A stretch of 64,000 nt of DNA from a virus, in the IMG/VR virus record IMGVR_UViG_3300027878_000003, positions 2,992 through 66,991 of that record; one strand, given 5' to 3'. Position numbers and translations under genes: made by a program. Positions 50,641 to 60,267 of the stretch are shown here, one piece after another; the first letter of the stretch is position 1; every line of letters starts with the position of its first letter. The notes beneath the pieces were generated by a model. The model worked only from the letters and a program-made list of their open reading frames with translations. It was not told the origin of the DNA and did not search any database.

Positions 50641-50895
50641 GGAGTTGAACTTTATCCCTTACGTTCCTTTACGAAGCCTTACGACCCTTACAGTGCAAGA
50701 GTTGTAAGCGATCGTTAGGGCATGTCAGCAGTATAAGCATAGAGAATGAGAAGAGTCAATGCCTTATTTAGTGTCTTAGTAAAAGACATTGGAGAAGACA
50801 CGTCCTAAGACGTTGCATATCACGAATTTTTAAGATAGGTTTGAAGGCGATCCAGTTCTGCGGCAAAATAGACGCATTAAAAAGAAATAAAACGC

Positions 50896-51402
50896 ATGAC
50901 TAACCGCAAGCCAACGACCGCAGATGAGTTGAAAGCCGATATCGAGAGCCATCCCGATCGCGGCACAATAGATGGTGTGGACGTTGTGCGGTTTGACCAA
51001 GATGAGATTAGGGGAAAAATCCCCAAGGAGCTGCACCGAGAACTTCTAATTTGGGCTGGATTGAACGGCAAGACCAAGGCTCAGGCGATCGAGTATGCAA
51101 TTACCTTTATGCTCAACGACGAAGGGCATCAAGCCTTAGTCGAAAGGCGGCTCAGGGAAAAAGCCGAGTTATTTAAAACCAGTCCAACCGAAATTCGCAA
51201 TGCAATTCTGGGATACTTCAAACGTATTGCGCGTCAAAGTCGGGCAAAGCTGACAGGTGTAGAGCTAGACGAACCAACAGACGATCGCCTAGATGCAGCG
51301 ATCGGTCAGGTTTTAGTTGTAGATTCGATGCCAATCGAGACTAAGAACTTAGGACTTAAAGACGATGGCAGAAGCACTAAACGAGAAAGGAAAGAACCAT
51401 GA
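50896..51402 (+). CDS. Putative RHH-type regulator divergent from the FtsK operon
   Basis: IRGKIPKELHRELL..KTKAQAIEYAI. Confidence 0.55.
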   Translation: MTNRKPTTADELKADIESHPDRGTIDGVDVVRFDQDEIRGKIPKELHRELLIWAGLNGKTKAQAIEYAITFMLNDEGHQALVERRLREKAELFKTSPTEIRNAILGYFKRIARQSRAKLTGVELDEPTDDRLDAAIGQVLVVDSMPIETKNLGLKDDGRSTKRERKEP

Positions 51403-51581
51403 GTAAGCCCCATATCGCGCCCGCCCTCCAAACTTACGTAACAATCCTAGAACAGGCGATCGCCCAGATAGTGGCATGTCACAAAGTCGTTAAAGCAGAT
51501 GGCGGCTACCCGCCAACGCCCGAAGCTGATGATTTAGATGAGGCGATCGCTGCCGCCAACGAGCTGTTGGAACATAATTGA
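51399..51581 (+). CDS. Hypothetical protein
   Basis: ATGA-coupled 60-aa ORF. Confidence 0.55.
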   Translation: MSKPHIAPALQTYVTILEQAIAQIVACHKVVKADGGYPPTPEADDLDEAIAAANELLEHN

Positions 51582-51602
51582 GAAATTCAGAGGCGAGGCG
51601 AT

Positions 51603-52028
51603 ATGATTACAACCGCTCCCCTTTCTGCCGAGGAGAAGCAAGTTCAGGAAAGACTTGGGTTGCTAGGCATCCCCTTGCCCTTTCCAGAGCCAGTGCCGGA
51701 GGGGGTTAGATGTGTTAATGTCTACGCCATTGCACGGGCTTGGCGGATTCAGAAGAATCAGTTTCATGGGTTGTTCGTGCTGGGTGATGTTTCGATTAAA
51801 GACGATGGGCAGCTCTGGTATCACGTCAGCTTCTCGCGTAGCAAAGCCATTCCTAACTACGGGGACTGCATGTTTGTTAAACGTACATTTTTCGGAGCCG
51901 ATCGCTGGGCAATTCAGATCTTTCCTGAAGACATCAACCACGTTAACCAGCATCCAAAATGCCTGCACCTTTGGCATTGCTTGGAGGGAAAGCCGTTTCC
52001 CGAATTTAGCAAGAACGGCATGATCTGA
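51603..52028 (+). CDS. Phage-type hypothetical protein
   Basis: HVSFSR..P.Y..K..FFG..Q.FP..VN.HP.CLHLW pattern. Confidence 0.7.
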   Translation: MITTAPLSAEEKQVQERLGLLGIPLPFPEPVPEGVRCVNVYAIARAWRIQKNQFHGLFVLGDVSIKDDGQLWYHVSFSRSKAIPNYGDCMFVKRTFFGADRWAIQIFPEDINHVNQHPKCLHLWHCLEGKPFPEFSKNGMI

Positions 52029-52748
52029 TTAGTTACTGCGATCGCCAGCAATGATGCTAGTATCTCAGTGCAAAGCCTAAGACGACGAGGCTTGTATCTT
52101 CATTGCTCAAACTGCTCTGGCTCCCTCTGGTCAGAGCTTTGTTTTGTCTACCGATCGCCCCATTCCAACCAGCTATGTTAACCAAATTTAGCCAGTGCTA
52201 TGACCGCAATAGAGAGATCCTTGTAGGCGCTGCGGAATGGGAGAAGGATTTAATTGTGATTGAAGCTCCCACCCAGGCGCGAATAATCAAGTGTCGCGGC
52301 AGTGGAGAAGATGTTGAATGGTTAGTGGAAGTTGGAATTAGCGATCGCCCTGGAGATGTGGCGTTCCAGTGGCTTAAACCAAAGCACATTTAATCCGATC
52401 GCCCCACTACAATAGGAGGGTAGATGAACTTTCCAACAGAAGTGATCCAGAAGACATTGCGACGGTCTTCTTTTTTGTGCCCATGTGGTAATATTCTTCT
52501 GTCGGTAGCCTCGGTTGCCGAACCTGGCATGTGCTGTGCCTTGTAAGTCCCTAACAGGGATAGGAGGAAACTCCACACTGGCGGAAAGTTGAAAAGCGAC
52601 TGCCAGCGATCGACCTAATAGCGGGAAATCTGACACGGTTGTACAGTGCGTCTGTACAAAGGACATATCCGCAGAACCTTGAAAATTTATCAATTAACTT
52701 CATCCCTTGGCTGTGGAAGTTGCTGGGGGATGGTGATGGGACACGGAG

Positions 52749-54085
52749 TTGACACTCCCCGGCGTGAACGCACGGGGATTCTTTAATCTAAGACATGACT
52801 TGCTCATGCAGGATTGCTCCAACTTGAGTAGAGATCTCATCTCCTAAAGCGTTACTTGCATCTAGTGCAAAGGTTCCGATATGCCCTACCGTACCCAATC
52901 CCCGACTGAGGATGTTTCTAGCTGCGTTGTGATCTCTATCTAGCACACAGCCGCACTTACAGATATGCGTTCTGGTACTCAAAGACTTCTTCACAATCTC
53001 ACCACAGCTAGAGCATTCTTGGCTTGTGTATTGAGGATTCACAGCAATCGTGATCCGCCCAAACACCTTCCCAAAATATTCAATCCAGACTCGGAATTGA
53101 AACCAAGATGCATCGTTAATCGACTTAGCTAGACAATGATTCTTCACCATATTTTTGATTCTCAAATCTTCGTAGGCGACTACATCGTTAGATGTGATTA
53201 CGCACCGTGCAAGTTTGATTGCATGGTCTTTACGCTGCCTACTTATTTTGAGATGGCGCTTACCTAGAATCCGTCTGGCTTTTCGTCTGTTGATTGATCC
53301 TTTAACCTTGCGAGAAACGCGGCGCTGTGACCGTTTGAGAACGATTTCACCTTTACGGAGAAACTTAGGATTCTCAATCATCACACCATCAGAATCGGTG
53401 TAATACTCTTTCAAGCCCACATCCAACCCAACGGCATTTCCCGATGGCTCCAACACCTCTAAGCGATTCACATCAACGCAAAACTGAACGTAGACACCAT
53501 CTGCACGTCTAACCAGTCTGACCCGTTTGATTTGGTCAGGCTGATAGAAACCTAGATCGCGTGTTCCTTTCAGCTTTAATCGCCCAATGTTCTTTTTATC
53601 GGTGAACGTGATGGATTTACGATCATCTGCCAGCTTCCATCCCGTCGTTTTGTATTCGACAGAACGGCAGTCTTTTTGGAACTGCGGAAACCCTTTTTTA
53701 CCGGGGATACCTTTTTTGCAGTTCTCAAAAAACCGCGAAATAGCAGACCATGCTCTTTCGGCGCTAGATTGCCTAGCTTGGGAGTTGAGTTCATTAGCAA
53801 ACGGAAATTCTTTAGCCAGAACCGCGCAATATTTATTGAGGTCGTACTTGTTCACTTTTGGATTGTCGATCCAAAACCGAAGCGCTTTATTGCGAACGAA
53901 TTGAGCAGTACGAATTGATTCATCTACTGCGCTGAACTGGCTTGATTTCCCGTATGTTTTGAACTCTAGAACTAGCATTGCTTCAACTCGTTTTGATATT
54001 CTTATACTAACATACTCAGCACAAGAATGGTGAATACCAAGAGAAAGCCGTCCTTAAAGGACGGGGTTTTCAACCCAAATTTTCG
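52749..54085 (-). mobile_element. IS200/IS605-family (tnpB-only, IS1341-like) element
   Basis: Minus-strand left end TTAT|CGAAAATTTGGGTTGAAAACCCCGTCCTTTAAGGACGG; right end GAATCCCCGTGCGTTCACGCCGGGGAGTGTCAA. Confidence 0.85.
52788..53978 (-). CDS. tnpB: TnpB RNA-guided endonuclease, intact
   Basis: GLDVG, AYEDL, TSQECSSCG..CKCG..DRDHNAARNI. Confidence 0.95.
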   Translation of the reverse strand: MLVLEFKTYGKSSQFSAVDESIRTAQFVRNKALRFWIDNPKVNKYDLNKYCAVLAKEFPFANELNSQARQSSAERAWSAISRFFENCKKGIPGKKGFPQFQKDCRSVEYKTTGWKLADDRKSITFTDKKNIGRLKLKGTRDLGFYQPDQIKRVRLVRRADGVYVQFCVDVNRLEVLEPSGNAVGLDVGLKEYYTDSDGVMIENPKFLRKGEIVLKRSQRRVSRKVKGSINRRKARRILGKRHLKISRQRKDHAIKLARCVITSNDVVAYEDLRIKNMVKNHCLAKSINDASWFQFRVWIEYFGKVFGRITIAVNPQYTSQECSSCGEIVKKSLSTRTHICKCGCVLDRDHNAARNILSRGLGTVGHIGTFALDASNALGDEISTQVGAILHEQVMS

Positions 54086-54099
54086 ATAAGACAGGAATT

Positions 54100-55310
54100 G
54101 CGAGGGCACAAATAACAGGCTTAAAAGCGATCGGCATACGACTCAAGATAATCTACGGCACATAAATGCTGACGATTGGCACCGATCATGGCAGAAGAAT
54201 CGGCACTCTGGAGTGACAAGATCGGCATGTGAAGTTGTAGCTTTGACTGGCGATCGCACGCGGAATGGAAGAATAGGCACTCCGAAGACAGTATCCACGA
54301 TCGCACAGCAGGTCAATTTTGTCGGCACTGCGATCGCACTGGAGAGATGACTGAAGTCGGCACACAATCAGGATGTTGGAGGCTTCGGCACTACATTTGA
54401 GGGGGCGATCGACACAAGAATATGATCTGCACCTAGAGAAATAGATAGCGATAGCACTAGGAGCAACCGAAGGCACATTTGATATGTTGCCATGGCGATT
54501 GCACGATGAATACTCTTGATCTGCCGTTCAAAATTGGCACAAGTTGGGGTCAATACATCGGCACCTTACAGGCTAAAGATCCCGCACAAAAAATATGCTC
54601 TGCACAGGATATGGGCGCGATCGCACGATTAAAACCCTGCGTTTGGCATTGGCGATCGGCACTACATCGGCACTGATAGCATTTCTTTGTCTTGGCTTTT
54701 CGGCACTCCGCGATCGCACCTGTAAAAGTTAAATACCCCACGCCTGCTTGAGCTTAAGCTTGTACAGCGTCTCTCTTTCCATCATGTGTTTAAAGAGATT
54801 AACGAGAGATTTCTTGGTTTTAGCCTCGCTCCAATCTTTCGTTTGAAGCTCTACCGATTTGAGTTGAAACTGCTGCTCAATCGAGAGGGTGACAGTGATT
54901 TGGTCGCTCATGACAGAACCTATTGCGTTCGGCGTATTGTACCCAGGCTAGGCGATCGCACAGCGGGGGAAATTGGTTGGCACAGCGGGGAAAGTTTGGT
55001 TGGCACAGCGGGGAAAGTTTGGTTGGCACAGCGGGGAAAGTTTGGTTGGCACATCAGGGAAAATTGGTTGGCACTAATCTGATTTGAACAAAGGGCGATT
55101 CGGATAGTTGGCACAATGAACTCTGCAAGCGATCGCACTATGTAAATGAGCATTGGCACGGAGACAGGACTCGCTCGGCATAACGTAGGTTTAGGGAAAT
55201 CGGCACACCGTAGGCGATCGCACTTCTGTTTGGCATGAGATTGGTTAGCGATCGGCACTAATTGTACTATTTTGGGTTGGCACAAATATTTGATTTGATT
55301 GGCAAAGTGC
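54100..55310 (+). repeat. Dispersed strand-biased GCAC array, including a 23-bp tandem repeat at ~54955-55075
   Basis: Roughly 45 (G/C)GCAC-like words by eye, mostly 21-25 or 11-13 bp apart. Confidence 0.75.
54729..54911 (-). CDS. nblA: Phycobilisome degradation adaptor NblA
   Basis: LSIEQQFQL..E.Q...S......LV.L...MM.RE..YK..LK..WGI matches the NblA pattern. Confidence 0.85.
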   Translation of the reverse strand: MSDQITVTLSIEQQFQLKSVELQTKDWSEAKTKKSLVNLFKHMMERETLYKLKLKQAWGI

Positions 55311-55319
55311 AGAGTTTTT

Positions 55320-57026
55320 TTAGGCATTCGCCATCCAATCAAAGTCAGACTGCTCAATGCGAGGAGCAAAGGCATACATCAAGGCATCAAAGAAGTCAGG
55401 AGAAGAAATGCCTCGCGTCTCCATCTCTGGCTTGCTCTCAATAATGATCTGCCCAATGTCGTTGAATCTATAGAGCGGCTGGCTCAGTTGCCCAATCAAA
55501 TCAGCATGGTTAGGGATAGAGATCAACTCTGCGATCGGGTGTTCATGAAGACGATTGACGTATTCAAAGGTGCGTTCAAACCGCATTCGCACATTCCAGC
55601 ACACCTCAGCTCTAAAGTTCTTGAAAACATCTTCTGCTTGGCGATCGAAACTAGGGTAAAACCGCTTGCTAGTACCCCCACCCCCCGCAATCCCCTGGAG
55701 TTCAAAGGGCAGATTGTCCATACTTCTCAATGTGCCGCCCGTACCTGCACCAACGCCCATACGGTCATAGTTGAGGTATCCAACCTTGAGGTCTTCGCAG
55801 ATGTGCAGTGCTTTGTATGCCGTTTGGGTGGTGTTTCCTAGCCTCCACTCATGAATCCACTCGTCTTTAATGACGACACCATGCCGCATGATCAGAACGT
55901 TCCGATCGCCCCCTTCGTCCGAGATATCTAGACCTGCAACGCGATCGCCAAAGCATGGCAGCTTTAGCCCGACCGCCGCCATTACCCACTCGTTGGGGAT
56001 GCACACACCCTCTTGGGATGCCGCATAGTCAATGTCAATCTCCTGAGCCAGGATGATTTTGTCAAGGGTTGCCTTACGCTTCTCGTACCAGGGATACTTC
56101 GCCCCCACGGGGGAATCGCGCCCATTGCCCTGTTTGACGATGATGCCTTCAGGGCTTTTGAGTTCCCAGTAGTTCTTTCTAGGGTCATCCTTCCAGTGGC
56201 TCTGGAATACAGGGTACTGCCCTGAGAACCGCTTCTTGTAGAACGGGTTGCCAATGCCGTTGGGTGTGGAGACATAGATCCGCACCTCGGAGTTCTCTGA
56301 TACCGCCGCATCCACAATGTTGGGGTGGGCAATGAAGGCAAACTCATCTAGGAAGTACAGCCGCGATCGCCCCCCTCGCCCCATGTTGTCTCCGGCTTCC
56401 CCGGTGACGGATGAGCCGTTGCTGCGGTTGATTAACTTACCCTTGTTGTCATCGTATTTTGGTGGTCGCATCCATCCGGGCAAGTTGCGGAGAACGATGC
56501 GGATCTTCTCAAATAGACAGTCGGGGTTGCCCAGCTCGTCAACCAACATGGACTTGCGCGAACCAAAGGTAATCTTGACCCCTGGCACGAACACGAGCTG
56601 GTGTGCAGCAAAGCCGCAACAGAGGAAACTTAAGCCTGCATCTCTGGACTTTTCGACTACGCCCGATTCTTTACCCTTAACTCGATCTTGCAGCCATTGC
56701 AGGAATGCCGCCTGGATATCGAAGAGGTCAAACGGGATGGTGGAGGGCGATCGCCGGGGGTCATAGCTCCAGCCCCAGTTGTTGAAGAAATGCACAGGGT
56801 CTTTGCACCGTTGCATCTCCTCTTTGCGAAACTCCATGTCGGTGATGGCGCGGTTGAAGAGTTCCATCCGTCTGGCGATCGCCGCTACGAGCTTGGGTTC
56901 AGCGTCGGGTTCCTGGCAGGCTTCCCATGCCAACTGCACCCCAATGGGAATGGCAGTAGCTTTAGGTCTAGACTCTGCCCGTTCCCTGGCTTCCTCTAAT
57001 TTCTTGCCAAGGGTTGCAATGCCCAT
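55320..57026 (-). CDS. terL: Terminase large subunit
   Basis: VEKSRDAGLS, YFLDEFAF, VSTPNG, GLDISDEGGD, SPDFFDAL. Confidence 0.93.
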   Translation of the reverse strand: MGIATLGKKLEEARERAESRPKATAIPIGVQLAWEACQEPDAEPKLVAAIARRMELFNRAITDMEFRKEEMQRCKDPVHFFNNWGWSYDPRRSPSTIPFDLFDIQAAFLQWLQDRVKGKESGVVEKSRDAGLSFLCCGFAAHQLVFVPGVKITFGSRKSMLVDELGNPDCLFEKIRIVLRNLPGWMRPPKYDDNKGKLINRSNGSSVTGEAGDNMGRGGRSRLYFLDEFAFIAHPNIVDAAVSENSEVRIYVSTPNGIGNPFYKKRFSGQYPVFQSHWKDDPRKNYWELKSPEGIIVKQGNGRDSPVGAKYPWYEKRKATLDKIILAQEIDIDYAASQEGVCIPNEWVMAAVGLKLPCFGDRVAGLDISDEGGDRNVLIMRHGVVIKDEWIHEWRLGNTTQTAYKALHICEDLKVGYLNYDRMGVGAGTGGTLRSMDNLPFELQGIAGGGGTSKRFYPSFDRQAEDVFKNFRAEVCWNVRMRFERTFEYVNRLHEHPIAELISIPNHADLIGQLSQPLYRFNDIGQIIIESKPEMETRGISSPDFFDALMYAFAPRIEQSDFDWMANA

Positions 57027-57697
57027 TAGGTCTGCGCCTCGGGTAGTTCATCGGGAGTCAGGGCTGCGAACGCCGCCTGCATCTGGTCAATCATGGTTTG
57101 ATAGCTGCTGCCCGCTGACTCTAGGAGGCTATCGGGTAGCATGTCGGCTTCGACCAAAGTCTCGATCGCCCGTAATACTTTGTCCTGTTGGGTTTCCTGA
57201 TCCGTGGCAGAGCGAGATAACTTGTCGGCTAGTTCGAGGTAGGAGATGGCATCACGGGATGTCCACTTGGCAGGGGCGAAGATGATGGTCTTGCCGTCTT
57301 CAGACTCGGTGACCTTTTGGATTAAGGGGTAGTCCAACATCTCTCTGGCTCGCTCAATTAGGGTCAAGGAGAGATCCCAAGACTTGTCCCTAATCTCGGC
57401 ACGACGGCGATCGCCATCACGTTGCTTCTTCACCCAGCGCTTCTCAGACTGCTGTTGCGATCGCCCGTCCCAGGCTTCGGCTCTGGCTGTCCAGCTCCAG
57501 GTCTTTTGGGTCTTGCGCCAGTTGGGAGGGGTTGATCCGGTCTTAGGCTGTCCTCTTCGGGCACGGTCAGAGTTGTAGGCAGCTAGAAGCGATCGCCCGG
57601 AACCCAACAGCTTGAATAGGGTAAATCGGTCGTACCAATCGTTGGGTTCGTCGGGTTGCCGTTCCCAAATATCAGTGTTGGAGTCATTGCCTGTCAC
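57026..57697 (-). CDS. Terminase small subunit-like protein
   Basis: WERQPDE..F..LGSGRSL..W..RAEAWD; coupled to terL; GGGAACTCTA upstream (57738-57747). Confidence 0.7.
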   Translation of the reverse strand: MTGNDSNTDIWERQPDEPNDWYDRFTLFKLLGSGRSLLAAYNSDRARRGQPKTGSTPPNWRKTQKTWSWTARAEAWDGRSQQQSEKRWVKKQRDGDRRRAEIRDKSWDLSLTLIERAREMLDYPLIQKVTESEDGKTIIFAPAKWTSRDAISYLELADKLSRSATDQETQQDKVLRAIETLVEADMLPDSLLESAGSSYQTMIDQMQAAFAALTPDELPEAQT

Positions 57698-58089
57698 TCA
57701 TCAGACCAATAGGGGTTTCCTGTCATATCAGTGGTTCTAGAGTTCCCTGGCATGATTGCTAGGGTTCAGATGATGCCCTGTCAGTCTGTAGCGGCTGATT
57801 GAGGACTGTTTGGGGACTGTTTGAGGTCTGATTCAGTCTTGAGGGCGACCAGGGGGGCGATCGAACCTTTAGGGCTGGAAGGTTCAGGGAATAAGGGATA
57901 GAGGGTAGAGTGACTGTATGGAGGAAGTCTGAGGCTGGACCAGTTTGGACTGGGGTTGGACTTAGACTTTCTCCAAGGACACATAGAGCTTTGGGGGGAA
58001 ACCCCCTTCTTTGCTGCTGGTCTATACGCCAGCCGATTATCTTCGTCGTTGAGACGGGAAAGATAGATTACAAATATTTGGAGAAAGAC

Positions 58090-58476
58090 ATGGTAAGACC
58101 CAAGAAGGCTGTTGCGAAGCCAGAAGTTCCGATCGCATCGACCGTCGATGACTCTGATCTCAGTGAGCCGATCGTGGAGGAAAAGGCAGAGACGATATGC
58201 ATTCAGGTTGCCGAACTCTCCGACTGGATGGCTTGGCGAAAGCTAGAGGAGTTACCTATGTCTGTGAACATAGAGAGGCGCAAGCAAAGTTGGGCTAATC
58301 CAGAAATCGTCTCTGTGACCTGCATTGAAACTTCAACGCTAACAGGCGACAAAGTGACTCGCATTTCAGCCACATCCAACGGCACCGAAGAGTTGACTTT
58401 TCTATTGTCGAAGCGGGTTGACGCAATTCTGATGGGCGATCGGGCTTTGGTTCGCACAGAGGGAGATTATTGTTGA
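58090..58476 (+). CDS. Hypothetical protein
   Basis: Likely start MVRPK after GGAG. Confidence 0.55.
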   Translation: MVRPKKAVAKPEVPIASTVDDSDLSEPIVEEKAETICIQVAELSDWMAWRKLEELPMSVNIERRKQSWANPEIVSVTCIETSTLTGDKVTRISATSNGTEELTFLLSKRVDAILMGDRALVRTEGDYC

Positions 58477-58700
58477 ACGAATCCAAGCCTCAAAAATACT
58501 ATCTCTGCGATTATCAGCACAAAGGCAATCGCTGGTGTATTGAAATTCCAGCAGAATCATTGGAAGATGCAAAAGCCCGACTAGAAAGACTGGCTTACGG
58601 TAGGGTCGTAGGAGAAATTGAAGCCACTCTAAGAGTTCCTGTCCTATGGGTGCAGATCTGGTCATGGCTCAAAAGGCGGCTTCAACTACCTCAGATCTGA
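58470..58700 (+). CDS. Small hypothetical protein
   Basis: Y...W.IEIPAESLEDAKARL. Confidence 0.6.
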   Translation: MLNESKPQKYYLCDYQHKGNRWCIEIPAESLEDAKARLERLAYGRVVGEIEATLRVPVLWVQIWSWLKRRLQLPQI

Positions 58701-58753
58701 GGTAGTTGAAGCAATTCTGATAGGCGATCGCGCCTTAGTTCGAGCAGAGCAGG

Positions 58754-59464
58754 GTGAATATGGGCAGTTCGTATCAGGATGCAGATGAGCGGGGACAGCG
58801 GAAGATGGCGATCGCTCGTGCCATTGAAGAAGGAGCGGTGCAGCCGATTCCTCAGAATGGCTATCGGCTAGTGGTGGCTGATCCGCCTTGGACATACAAT
58901 CTCAGAGAGCTTGACCGATCGCATCGAGGACGAACCAACTACCCGACGATGACGGACGACGATATCTTGAGCCTGATCAACGGGGTGGCATCAGAAGATG
59001 CTTATTTCTTGCTCTGGGTCACCAACAATCACATGGAGCTGGGGCTTGAATGTCTGGCGAACTGGGGATTTAAGCTGCGATCGATTCACACCTGGGTTAA
59101 GACCACCAAGCAGCTAGGAGCGAACAAGCTGCATATTGGCTTAGGACACTACGGGCGGAGCTGCACCGAGCATTTCTTGGTCGGCAGTCGGGGGAAGGTA
59201 AAGGCTTGGAGCACTATGGGACTGACCAATATTCCCAATGTAATTTTTGCGCCAAGGAGAGAGCACAGCCGCAAGCCGGAAGAATTCTTCGTCACGGCGG
59301 ATCGATTACGGCTGGCACTAGGAGGAGAGGCGATCGAACTATTTGCGCGGCAGCAGCGACCGGGATGGGATTGCTGGGGCGCTGAGGTTGAGACTTCTTT
59401 GGGGAAAGTGCAGCATAATCACAAGAAAGCGATCGCTATTCTTGATCGAAGCCTGCTGCTGTAG
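58754..59464 (+). CDS. MT-A70-family adenine methyltransferase
   Basis: VVADPPW, LLWVTN, WGF, WVK, R..TEH, REHSRKP, IELFAR..RPGW..WG. Confidence 0.92.
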   Translation: MNMGSSYQDADERGQRKMAIARAIEEGAVQPIPQNGYRLVVADPPWTYNLRELDRSHRGRTNYPTMTDDDILSLINGVASEDAYFLLWVTNNHMELGLECLANWGFKLRSIHTWVKTTKQLGANKLHIGLGHYGRSCTEHFLVGSRGKVKAWSTMGLTNIPNVIFAPRREHSRKPEEFFVTADRLRLALGGEAIELFARQQRPGWDCWGAEVETSLGKVQHNHKKAIAILDRSLLL

Positions 59465-59482
59465 AAAGGGAGAGACGGAACT

Positions 59483-59803
59483 ATGACTGATTCAAATAAC
59501 AGCGTTATCGCTAGGGGTCTGAGCTTCGAGGGTATGGAGGAGATGGAATCTCAAATAAAGCCTGAGATCACACCAGCGCAATTCTGTTCCATGTTGCGTG
59601 TAGCGATGGATATAGGCTTAATTCGCTGCTGTGCGCCCTACTGGGTTGACGAGGAAAAGAAATATCTAGTGAAAAATAATGGCAGCGGCAGCGTATTTAT
59701 CATGAGCCGGGAAGCCGCTAGTTTTTATCTGCTGGGCATCCTCGAATCGCGGGGCGTTGACGGGTACTCTTTGCCTTTGATGCCAATATTTCGCGTGCTC
59801 TAG
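59483..59803 (+). CDS. Hypothetical protein
   Basis: 106-aa ORF. Confidence 0.55.
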   Translation: MTDSNNSVIARGLSFEGMEEMESQIKPEITPAQFCSMLRVAMDIGLIRCCAPYWVDEEKKYLVKNNGSGSVFIMSREAASFYLLGILESRGVDGYSLPLMPIFRVL

Positions 59804-60267
59804 GGCAAAGGCTGGGAGTGCCAGCCTTCAATAATTGAATGATCAGCCCCAATGAAGACGGGCAAGCAGGGCGCACCGTCTTCATCAAATGGCGATCGCT
59901 GCCAGCGGTTCCAAACTGCCTCGTGAGGTGGAAAATCAAGATGCTCTTTAGGAACGCGACCGTCAATGCAGAAGAGGATATCAGCATCTTCAACGCTAGA
60001 GAACCAGGCAGAGCCAAAGTTGCAAGCGCCTGTCCAGGTGAGCTGTTTCCGCATGACGAGGATTTCCCGGTCATCGTCATGGTCCGCCAGCTTGGTCAAG
60101 TGAAACCAATAGTCGCGGGGCGATCGCTGCGCTTTGGCATTCCAACTTCGGGGATGACCAGTTTTGGGCAACTGATAAAGGTAGGCTTCAGGCATGGGTC
60201 TAAGCTGCATGGGGCAAAGCTTCTCCAGCCGGATCAAATAGGTGTCCTTGTCCCCAGAGGGAAACAT
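59800..60267 (-). CDS. Hypothetical protein
   Basis: 155-aa ORF; true start probably later. Confidence 0.45.
   Translation of the reverse strand: MFPSGDKDTYLIRLEKLCPMQLRPMPEAYLYQLPKTGHPRSWNAKAQRSPRDYWFHLTKLADHDDDREILVMRKQLTWTGACNFGSAWFSSVEDADILFCIDGRVPKEHLDFPPHEAVWNRWQRSPFDEDGAPCLPVFIGADHSIIEGWHSQPLP

Noticed and set aside
50655-50695. Four CTTAC-like repeats in a divergent promoter
   Set aside because: Short and degenerate; possibly an operator but too weak to claim.
54955-55075. Possible mini-CRISPR
   Set aside because: Pure 23-bp tandem repeat with no spacers.
54121-55375. Cys-rich small minus-strand ORFs
   Set aside because: By-products of the GTGC words in several frames; only nblA looks like a real gene.
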